Origin: Eledone cirrhosa
Taxonomy: Eukaryota
Length of the DNA stretch: 64,000 nt
NCBI GenBank assembly: GCA_964016885.1
Contig: OZ024740.1
Coordinates: 188,294,001-188,358,000 of the forward strand
Direction of reading: 5' to 3'
Position numbers and translations under genes: made by a program. The first letter of the stretch is position 1, and each line of letters begins with the position of its first letter. Under the pieces are notes generated by a model, which saw only the letters and a list, made by a program, of their open reading frames with translations, was not told the DNA's origin and did not search any database. Of the stretch, positions 54,108 through 64,000 are shown piece by piece.

Positions 54108-54668
54108 GTCATCATCATCATCATCATCATCATCAACGTTTAACGTCCGTGTTCCACGCTTGCATGGGTTTGGACGGGGGTTTTACCACTTGAGGCAAGA
54201 GTGATTGTCTTGCTCGCATAGGACTGTCTGGCGGGTTTTCTACAGCTGGATGCCCTTCCTAACACCAACCACATTTACAGTGTGGGGCTGGGAGGTTTTT
54301 ACCGTGTTGCCTACAAGGCCACATTACAGCGTGGACTGTCTGGCGGGTTTTCTACAGCTGGATGCCCTTCCTAACACCAACCACATTTACAGTGTGGGGC
54401 TGGGAGGTTTTTACCATGTTGCCTACACGGCCACATTACAGCGTGGACTGTGTGTTTTTTTGTTGTGACACCTACACGATCTCATTTGTTTCGGCCTGGA
54501 TGTTGTGGCACCAACATAACTTTACATTGAAAGGGGCGGTGTGGATGGGGTGGGGGTGGGAGTATTTTGTTAGAGATGCCTACTGACTGTAGTAGGTTTT
54601 ACTTTGTATTTAGGTAAGGCGGGTCTTCTCTATTACTGAGTACCGCCAAAGGTCTCGGTCCAGATGTC
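54108..54668 (-). mobile_element. RTE LINE 3' end with 3' UTR containing a 112-bp tandem duplication
   Basis: Minus strand LDRDLWRYSVIEKTRLT* (about 54610-54665), then module C and a (gat)n tail; repeat units 54221-54332 and 54333-54444. Confidence 0.85.
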
Positions 54669-54692
54669 AATACATAAGAATGTGTTTAGATG

Positions 54693-54728
<36 letters not shown>

Positions 54729-54950
54729 GGGTTTAAGTATCGTAAGAGAGGATGAAGCAGAGAGATGCAAAGAGGTGCGATACAGAATGCTAAATGCCTA
54801 TAGCTGAAGCATGGGACCTATACTTACTGATGTAGTCATAAGAACTTCTGCCTCTCCAAAGAACCCTTCTGGGTGAAACATGTGTAAGAGCTATATGAAG
54901 GACTTATTTACACAGCTTGTAACTCCTTCATTCATTCCTTCATTCATTTG

Positions 54951-54992
<42 letters not shown>

Positions 54993-54995
<3 letters not shown>

Positions 54996-55103
54996 ATAAT
55001 AATAAATTTGAAGACTAAAATCCAAAGAGGGCTCGATAAGGATAAATATATATCAAATATATAAGAACCGTAGAGCAAATATTTATTCTGTTATTTTAAT
55101 AAA
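54993..55103 (-). mobile_element. (TA)n-inserted family 3, copy 2 (tail plus 16-nt inverted remnant)
   Basis: 54993-55087 is the reverse complement of the family tail. 55088-55103 ctgttattttaataaa is the same terminus in the opposite orientation. (TA)n on both sides. Confidence 0.85.
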
Positions 55104-55719
55104 TATATATATATATATATATATATGTAGCACATGGGTTTAAGTATCACATAGCCAGTTTCATCTTATTACTCAGTAATATTTCACATTTTCATTTATT
55201 TGCTAACACAGAACACCTATTTAAACACATTTTTTTCCTCTAAATGTCTGAAAGAATATTTGGGAAAAGTGGAGAGTTTCTATTCAGTTGTATTGTGCAA
55301 TCAACTAAACTCTACTTACATGTTAAATTAATGTGCAATCAATTTCACAGACATATGCACCCCTTTTTGTAGTATACAGTACGAATATGTGTGACAAAGC
55401 AAGAGCTTGGAATTAAAGGTATATATTTTATTTATGATACTTGGATCAACCCATGGCTACATGAATGAAATCATGACACCATGATTGCAAAGTATAACTC
55501 TGTTATATTTACATCCAGTTAGCTTTTGTTCTATAATAGCATCGCAGGAAATATAAACTAGAAATTTTTGCTATTGTTATGTAGAATATTTCATTTAGGA
55601 AAGGCTGAATTGGAAATGCTCATTTACATAACATTTTTATTGATATTAGTGACAAAAGTGATGAGATATAACTATCGTAAGAAATTGAGACAGAGAGTAC
55701 AGGCCTACTCCTAAACAGT

Positions 55720-55880
55720 ATGCCAGTCTGTTGCTGGGTTAAACTCCCAAATATTGCTGGTACTCATTTTCAGCTGAGTATACTGGAGCAATATGAAATG
55801 AAGTGTTTTGCTCAAGTCCACAACACAACCTGGAATCGAATCCATGACATAAGACCAACACCCTTACCACTAGGCCTCTA
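55720..55880 (-). mobile_element. CORE-like SINE fragment
   Basis: gtactcattttcagctgagtatactggagcaatatgaaatgaagtgttttgctcaa..ccactaggcc is the reverse complement of 24325-24480. Confidence 0.72.
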
Positions 55881-58800
55881 CGAAGTGTACATTTTAAATT
55901 TGAATACTTTTTTTTATGTAGATATAGCATCATTTACATGATGCTCTTCCTACTTAGGAAGCTTTGTGTCAAAGTATTGAAGAAGCTGAACACATTGCCT
56001 GGTTATATTATTAAATCCTATTTTACATACATTTCTGTGAATTTTCTGACAAGATATTCCTATTTACTTTGCTTGATATATCAAATTGTAACAGTAGGAT
56101 CTATTTCAGTTTACAGAATATGTTCAAAGAATGCAATATAATCAGTATAATAATACTTGCCGTATCTAAAAAAGATTAGTATGATATTTATAGTCAATAT
56201 TATTTCCACTCCTCTTTGTCATTATCATCATCCCCAACATCTTTATCCAACTACCATCATGACCATATTTATTTTTAGAAAATTTGCATCTTTCTCAAAT
56301 GGTATTTGAAGTTGGTATTGTGAGGCTTAGTGTATACACTCCTTTTGAAACTGCATTGAATCTTTTGTGTATCAATGATATATTTGCTTTTCTTGTCTTT
56401 GTCTATAATTTATGCTCTTTGCACAATTCAAATCAGAAAGAAAAATTAAAACAAGTTTGAAAAACCATTACAATTCAGTACACTACAGTGAATATAATTT
56501 ATTCCAACATTTCCTTTAAATTTGAAAAAAAATAGAATAAATAACATTTTACAGATAAATCATATATATACATAATACTGATAGCTTTTCTGACCAAAGC
56601 GTCAGCTTATCATGCAAAATTGGTTTCATTTTTAGCAATTTTGTCTTTTTAAATACAAATATTATTTACTATATATGCACCACCATCTCTTCGTTTTTAC
56701 AAAAGAATAATTCTGAACGTGAAATATTTTTTCGTTTAAAGTGACATTTGAATGAATATTTTTAATAATTTTTTTTTTTTTTTTTTAGTTTTAACTAAAA
56801 CTATTTCCTCAACTACAATTTATAGAGGGGAAATTTAAGTATCTGTAAATCTGGAATTAACATTAAACATATAAGTGATACACAAAACACAACCATAATT
56901 ATAAACACATTCAAGTAAACAGTCCCTTTTATTCTTTTATCAATTCAAGATTATACAAGCAGAGATTAATCTATACTTTTTAACTCTCAGTTTAGAAATA
57001 TATATAAACATATAAGTTTCCGAAGTGGGATCATATGCTCCAGAAGCTATATATTCAGATTCGTAATCCCTGTTCAAGGATTCTGTATACTTATTTTGCC
57101 TTCTTCAATATAACTAACTAGAAAACTAAATTTTGATCTCATTTTATGATAATGGTTATAACATTTTACTAAAGCTTCTGCTTTAAAGATAAACGCTTAT
57201 TCATCTTTCAGACCCATCATAATTGCTAACTGGAATGCAAATATGGCTGGCTGCATATATATTTTCCTTGAAAAAGAAATTGCATCAAGAGATATATCAT
57301 AGAAATAATTAATGTGTGAATAAAGTTGCACAATAGCATATGCAGTCTTCTGTTTTTCTTCAAGTTTAATTTGATTCCGATTAATTTTTCAAGAGTATAC
57401 TTAGTTAACTGAAACAATATTAACTTTTTTTCCTATGGAAGCTCCCTAAAGCTTCTATCTTATTATCAAATATGATTTTATTTTAATTTCTCGCCAGTTG
57501 AATTAATTTTGAAACAATAAATATAGCTATATTTTATTTTGCTAGATTCAGTTACTTTGAATCGTTTGTTAACAAATAGCTAAACTTATTTGTTAATTTC
57601 TAGTTGCATGAGCTGAGTTTGTAAATTTCTGAAATTGCAACAGGAAAGAATGTATGTAGATGAAATGTTGCCCTTAACCTAAAATATGTTGATTCAAATA
57701 TTACTATGGCCATATTATTGTTGTTTTCCTTTTCTCGGGAGAATTTGTGGCATCAGTAAACTTCCCTTGTATAAATTTTCTGTTAATTTTTTTTTCAATT
57801 GAGAAATATATATAACTACAAATATGATTCTTTTTATTTAACTATACAAATAGTTAAATGTTTAACCATATATAAAAGTATAAATGCACATATATCCTAA
57901 TGACTAGATAACCTAGGAGAATATTTTAAAATGACATTCTCAAACTTTGATGAATAAAATTATTTGATTATGTATACTTAAGATAGATTATATTTTCTAT
58001 GTGTTTAAATATTATCTGTTTTGGAGATATACAAATTCTGTATCATCTTGTGGGCAAACAAGACTTTAATATATTGAAAATCAATTAAATATTGAGTAAT
58101 CCAGAAGCAGAAAAGTGTGCATTAATGATTTATTGAATTCTTGAGGTTTGGCAGCAAATACATTGTTCCTATGTAATATTCTGTGAATCCTTGTAACTTT
58201 TGCTGCTGCTGCTTATAAGTAGTTCATCAGTTTTAATCAATATTTAATGCAATATATCCTTCATAAAGCATCTCTTGGATTTTCTTGTCATATTTTCTTT
58301 TTAATCAAAGGAGTAAGAATTTGATTTTTTATTAGTATTTACACAAGATTCATATGTTTTTTTTTAGATAGATTTATAATTCCATTTTCCATGTTTTTAA
58401 CATAGCATTCCTATTCAAAATATATTACGAATGTTAGGAAGTAGTTTTAGGTTACAAGGTTACATCTCAATGGAAGAATTGTCCCAAGATCTTTGTCAGA
58501 CAATATTACTGAACGACATCTAAATTTCACAAAATAATTTCTGTGATTTGATACTGAAAAGAGTTTGAGTGTTATAGATCTGAAATATTTTGAAAGAAGT
58601 TAGAAGTTGGCAATGTACATGTCAATATTAGGAAATATTTGTGATTTCTGCTGAATTTACGCTGTATTCAGTTGATTAATTTAAGTTGCATGCATGTGTG
58701 TATGTGTATACCTGCATAAATTCTAGGTGGTATCCATAATGGATGTAAATAGGTGAAATTAGCTATACAATAGAGATTGGTAAAATGAGTACCAGATGTG

Positions 58801-58964
58801 TACTTGCATCATATAGCTGACTAATAGTCATTGAAGGCATTATTTATTTTATAAATAAATCTGTCTGCATATTTTATGTGTAATGCTTTCAACGAATTCA
58901 TATTAATATTGAAAAAAAGTACAATGTAGGTTTGTCGTTATTTATTTGAATGTAAACCATATAC

Positions 58965-59700
58965 AACTGTATGATGCATGTATCCGAACAGCAATGTTAC
59001 ATGGTAGTGAGACATGGGCGCTGAAGGTGGAAGACTTGCGTAGATTAGAAAGAAACGAAGCCTGCATGCTCTGATGGATATGTAATAGTAATATACGTGA
59101 ACGACAAAGCATAAATGAATTGAGAGAGAGACTGAGCATAAGAGGAATCAAATGCTGTGTGCAGGATAGGCAGTTGCATTGGTATGGTCATGTGATGCAT
59201 ATGAAGGATGACAGCTGCATAAAAGGTGCAGAGCACTAGAAGTCAATGGAAACCGTGAAGTGGGAAGACCCAAGAAGACCTAGGATGAGGTGAGAAAAGC
59301 CGACCTTACCCAATTACACCTCTCAAAGGCGATGACACACGACCGTGACCTCTGGCATCATGCAATAATACAGAGTACCCGACCTCCCATGAGTACAAGC
59401 TGAAGCATATAGACAATATTCCCCCACAACCTCCCACTGCAAGGTGGTCGTGGAGGTGCCACGCAAAAAAGCACCCAGCCCACACTGTAAAGTGGACGTG
59501 TAGGCGCCACGAAAAAGCACCCAGCACTCACTGTAAATGAGGTTGGTGTTAGGAAGGGCATCCAGCTGTAGAAATCAAGCCAAAATCAGTTCCTGTATGA
59601 GCAAGACAATGTTAGCCGACCAGACATTGCCCACAACAGGACAACCCGTCTAACCCATGCTAGCATGGAAGAACGGACGTAAAACGGTGATGATGATGAT
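58965..59700 (+). mobile_element. 5'-truncated RTE LINE: ORF C-terminus plus full 3' UTR
   Basis: LYDACIRTAMLHGSETWALKVEDLRRLERNEACML*W..LHWYGHVMHMKDDSCIK..GRPKKT*DEVRKADL, followed directly by module C and aacccatgctagcatggaagaacggacgtaaaacgg(tga)n. Confidence 0.9.
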
Positions 59701-59757
59701 ACAAGTATAGCTTAAATTAGTAAACTTGCAGAAGCTTTAGTGACATCTCCCTCTCTC

Positions 59758-59825
<68 letters not shown>

Positions 59826-60224
59826 TATATCATCATCATCGTTTTTACATCCATTTCTCAATGCTTGCATGGGATATATACATACATAATTAGAATAATG
59901 TCATGCCAATTAAAAACAGATTTTATGTTGGCTGATAAGAATGTCAGAAGAGAACCTATAAACTAAAACGTATAAAATAAAACAAACGTATAAACTAAAA
60001 CAGAATAGTACAGCTTATGAAATATACACTATCTAATCAATTATGGTGTCTACTTTTATTTTCTAATTTAATAATTTCACAAGTTCTTTGATTTTATTTG
60101 GCTTTGGAAACCATTAGCAATATGTATTAATGCTTAACCTTCACCTCCTGCAGTGGTAACCATACCTCCCTACTACCCTATCCACATTTTCCCCTAGCTT
60201 CCTCCCCTCTCCCTAGTCCCAAGA

Positions 60225-60468
60225 CAAAGGATCCCAGGCCCCACTGTAAAGTGGTCATGTCAGTGATATGACAAAGGTGCCCAGTCCACACTGTAATGTG
60301 GTCGTGTAGGTGACACAACAATAAGCACCCAGCACACACTGTAAATGTGGTTGGCAGTAGGAAGGGCACCCAGCTGCAGAAACCAAGCAAAAATCTGCCT
60401 CGGTGAGCTAAACAAGGGTCAATCCGTCCTAACCATGCATGATGTACACTAATCGACGAGGTTGATCA
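60225..60468 (+). mobile_element. RTE 3'-UTR module C fragment
   Basis: Three cccag-ccacactgtaa-gtgg units, then ggaagggcacccagctgcagaaacc. Confidence 0.8.
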
Positions 60469-60599
60469 TATATTTATATGTGTATAAATATTATGTGTGT
60501 ATGTATATGTATATGCACGCAAATAGATATATATATATGTGCATATCATTATCATGATATGTGCATGTGTATACATATATATATATATTTATTAAAATA

Positions 60600-60675
60600 A
60601 CAGATTAAAGTTTAAGCAAAGAATCGCTGCTTTCACCCTTAACGGGATCTTCTGAAACTAACAAAGTCAATCTGT
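60600..60675 (-). ncRNA. Hammerhead-like type I fold with variant core (family 3, inverted arm)
   Basis: Same sequence as 45461-45536 on the minus strand. Confidence 0.5.
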
Positions 60676-61598
60676 AAACGCAGAAGTGGATATTTCAAAA
60701 AACGTTGCAACCGGAGGAAGACAGGAAGACGATACTTTGGTTCGTGGAAACGTTCGCTGTATTACAGTCCCACGTTATACCCTAACGGATAGTACGATCT
60801 ATACGTGGATATTTTACGTCTTGATGTGGGAGCTAAGTATATGTTTTGTTTATATCATTACTTATTTGCATAGGTAAGTATATATTACCCGTATGTTTTG
60901 TGAAGGTACGTATACCTTTTCGTACGTATATTTGATTGTTATGGCGTATACTTTTTTTTATATATTCTGGTACATATGGTTCGGCTATGTGTATACGTGA
61001 GTTTTGCGTCTGTGTGAGTATGTAGGTTCGTACGTATGTAGGGCGTGTGTATATGTGTACTTCATGTTTTGGTTGACTTACGTCTCCGAACATTCGTGTA
61101 TTTACATGTAGGTATGTGTGTGCGCTTGTTATATACGTATTTATTTATTTATATACGTTTATATAATTATTTATTTATTTGTATACACGCATACACACAC
61201 ACACATATTTATATGTGCGTGGTTTTGTTTACCTATGGTAAGGTTTTGCGTATGCTTGTGTATGTACGTATTTGTTTGCGTGTATGTATTTATTTATTTC
61301 TATTACTTCTGTATTGTATTTATTTACTTTGTTCTTAACTCTGTAGCGGAGATTCATTCGGTCTCCTAGTTAGAATTTTAGTCTACGACTTCTGCTATAC
61401 CATTTACGGGGTTTGTCTTTGCGTGCTATTGTTGTCCACGCTCCACATATTACGTATTATCTTCGTTTTTTTTGTTCATTGCCAGAGAACGTCTCTATGC
61501 ACCACCTAAGAGAACATTAGACTACGACCTCTTTTATACCATAAACGTGGTTCTGTCTTTGCGCGTAATTGTTTTTCACCGCTCCTATTAATGACGTA

Positions 61599-61650
61599 CC
61601 AGTAATGTACTGAATAATTGCTGGCCTTGTGCCTAAATAGAAACAATTAT
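61599..61650 (+). mobile_element. ~50-bp 3' fragment of SINE family A inserted into the family 3 element
   Basis: ccagtaatgtactgaataattgctggccttgtgcctaaatagaaacaattat matches the SINE 3' end and is absent at the homologous position in copy 1 (near 45647). Confidence 0.85.
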
Positions 61651-61757
61651 ATTCGTTTTTTCCCGTTCTTTGCCAGCGAACGTTTCCACGAACCAAAGTA
61701 TCGTCTTCCTGTCTTCCTCCTGTTGCAACGTTTTTTGAAATATCCACTTCTGCGTTT

Positions 61758-61833
61758 ACAGATTGACTTTGTTAGTTTCAGAAGATCCGGTTAAGGGTGA
61801 AAGCAGCGATTCTTTGCTTAAACTTTAATCTGT
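61758..61833 (+). ncRNA. Hammerhead-like type I fold with variant core (family 3, direct copy)
   Basis: Stem I acagattga/ttaatctgt plus agttt/aaact around a 7-nt bulge; CAGAAGA 61779-85; stem II weakened here (tccggttaagggt); GAAA 61799-802; stem III gca/tgc; CTT triplet 61817-19. Confidence 0.45.
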
Positions 61834-61964
61834 TATTTTAATAAATATTTGCTCTACGGTTCTTATATATTTGATATATATTTATCCTTATCGAGCCCTC
61901 TTTGGATTTTAGTCTTCAAATTTATTATTATTACTATATATATATATATATGTATGTATATTAT

Positions 61965-62253
61965 GCTGGTACCATAAAACATCCAGCCTACACTGTAAAG
62001 TGATCATGTAGTTGTCACGACAAAAAGTACCCAGCCCACACTGAAGAGTGGACGTGTAAAAGACAAGGCAAAAAGCACCCAGCACACACTGTCAATGTGG
62101 TTGGCGTTTGGAAGGGCATCCAGCTGTTGAAAACCAGCCAGAAACACTCCTATAAGAGCAAGACCCAGTCACCCAACCCAACTTGCCTCTGAATGGGGCA
62201 AACCCGTCTAACACATACTAGCGTGGAAGATAGACATTAATCGATGATGATGA
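61965..62253 (+). mobile_element. RTE 3'-UTR module C fragment
   Basis: Three ~43-bp units, ggaagggcatccagctg, then aacccgtctaac..ctagcgtggaaga..(gat)n. Confidence 0.8.
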
Positions 62254-62436
62254 TAAATAAATATATATATAATATATCTTCAGTACTGATGTTGATTCTC
62301 CTTCTATGTCTTTTTGTCTCTTTATATAAATATACGCACATAAATAGTTTTGGGTTTGATCCCGCTACATGGCAAGTGTTGTCCATATAACTCTTTGCAT
62401 TATATGATTATATTATCAACTCATCTAATCTACTTT

Positions 62437-62469
<33 letters not shown>

Positions 62470-62472
62470 GTC

Positions 62473-62645
62473 ATAATTGTTTCTACTTTTGGCACAAGGC
62501 CAGCAAATACCCAGTGTATTACTGGTACTTTATTTTATCGACCCCGTAAGGATGAAATGCAAAGTTAACCTTGGCAGGATTTGAAGTGATGTAACTGTGC
62601 TACAAAGCATGGCGTCTGACCCTCTACCGATACTGCCAATCCATC
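62473..62645 (-). mobile_element. SINE family A with a small internal deletion
   Basis: ataattgtttctacttttggcacaaggccagc..tatcgaccccgtaaggatgaaa..ctctaccgatactgccaatcca. Confidence 0.88.
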
Positions 62646-63597
62646 ACTATAAATAGATACTGCAATAGATCACTATAAATAAAATCAGGTGAGTTTGTGA
62701 TATGTTTAAATTAAGTATTAAAATACTAAAGGTTATAATATTCTACACATTTAAATAGAATAATATTTAATCATTTTCTTGGTGATATTTATGTAATATT
62801 CCTCTTGATATGCAATATTTCGATTTTTCCCCACCAACTCTATGCATCTTAATAACATACTAAATATAGTTTTCATAAGCACTATGCTTCAAAGAATCAG
62901 AATTTTGTTGTTAAGTAAAATGAAGAGATATGTATGTTACCTTTATAGAGCAGTGTTCTTTTTAATGTTTGCTACTTTTGATTTGATATGAAATATAGAA
63001 ATAGATTTTATTTTTTTTAAATGTTTCCATTACAAATTGGGAATTTTTTTTTTTCTGTTTTAAAGTTTTATTTTGATCAGTTTCTCCTCTTCAATACACA
63101 CCCATGTTTTAACCCATGAAATATTGTTACTTGCTCAACAGCATAGCTGAAATCTTATAGCATGAGTTTATTGAAGAATATAACATATTAAGCATATTAA
63201 AGAACATAACAGCTTTCCGTCAAATAGCTATTTTCTTTCACTAAAACACTAAAATAGCAACAGTGCCACCACCATCAACAACAACAGAAAAATAATAATC
63301 ACAAAATATCGGTTGTGATTTTTTTTCTTTCTTATATTCTGACAAAATTTCTTTGTGTCATAGCTTGGAAATCAATGTTTTTTGCTTGTCTTCCCGAATT
63401 TACACAAAAAAACAAATAAAAATAAAACAACTACCTAACTCTAATAAGAATGGTAAAGAACATTATATTTGGAATAAATAGTAAGTTAGACAAATGAAAA
63501 GCACATAAATAAGAAGAAAAGATTGGTGCGTTGTTGAAAAGGGGGAAACTGAATTTAATGCATAAGCAGATAACTATGTAAACAGTGTTTTCATTTG

Positions 63598-63639
<42 letters not shown>

Positions 63640-64000
63640 GCTATGTATATATATATATATATGTGCGTGTGTGTGTGTGTGTATAGGTACATGTGCACTT
63701 GGGTATATGTATATATATATATATAATTCTGTTTGCTTTCCATGCTGGTATGTGTTATATTGATTGTTGCAGTTAAGGGGATCATGTCTTCATCATATGG
63801 TTTACTAACATGTCCTTTCTAACACCAACCATTTAAGAGAGTGTATTGCGTATGTGTGTTTGTATATTAGGTTACTTGTTATAAATGTATTTTTGTAGCA
63901 ACATTTTCTGATGCATGAAGATCATCAATCTTGACCATGCATCTGATCAATTACTTTTATAGTAAGTTTTTTTCAAAATTGATTATATGCTTCTTCATGT

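Larger units (their letters stand above)
60588..61934 (+). mobile_element. (TA)n-inserted asymmetric inverted element, family 3, copy 3 (172-bp inverted arm, ~1.17-kb direct part with tail)
   Basis: 60588-60759 is the reverse complement of 61674-61845 (2 mismatches seen); tail 61846-61934; (TA)n on both sides; no credible ORF. Confidence 0.88.

Noticed and set aside
60686-61747. Twin ORFs beginning MDISKNVATGGRQEDD on opposite strands
   Set aside because: A consequence of the inverted repeat; they start at GTG, are short, and the start is not conserved in copy 1.
59430-62110. Regularly spaced ~43-bp repeats resembling a CRISPR array
   Set aside because: Contiguous degenerate tandem units without unique spacers, inside an RTE 3' UTR; eukaryotic context and no cas genes.

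Overview
AT-rich, repeat-dense animal genomic DNA. I found no host exon, RNA gene or CRISPR array, so it is probably intronic or intergenic. The repeat content (tRNA-derived Meta/MESC-type and CORE-type SINEs, RTE LINE debris, abundant (TA)n) suggests a cephalopod such as Octopus; this is an inference. Nearly all listed ORFs are microsatellite artefacts or decayed transposon frames. Contents: about 12 copies of a ~185-bp SINE, several with 11-20 bp TSDs that begin with ATTAT; about 8 CORE-like SINEs with interchangeable tails; many 5'-truncated RTE fragments and RTE 3'-UTR modules; one mariner remnant. The most interesting signal is five non-coding insertions in (TA)n tracts (385-650, 9373-9598, 45449-46151, 54993-55103, 60588-61934) from three unrelated families. 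All share one asymmetric layout: an inverted arm, a 5'-truncated direct copy and an unpaired 3' tail. One carries a type I hammerhead ribozyme with a canonical core (9440-9500, +). Another family carries a hammerhead-shaped fold with a variant core (CAGAAGA, U-U at the base of stem II) in three copies. This points to microsatellite-targeted, ribozyme-bearing Penelope-like retroelement derivatives. Everything was read by eye; no database search or folding program was run.
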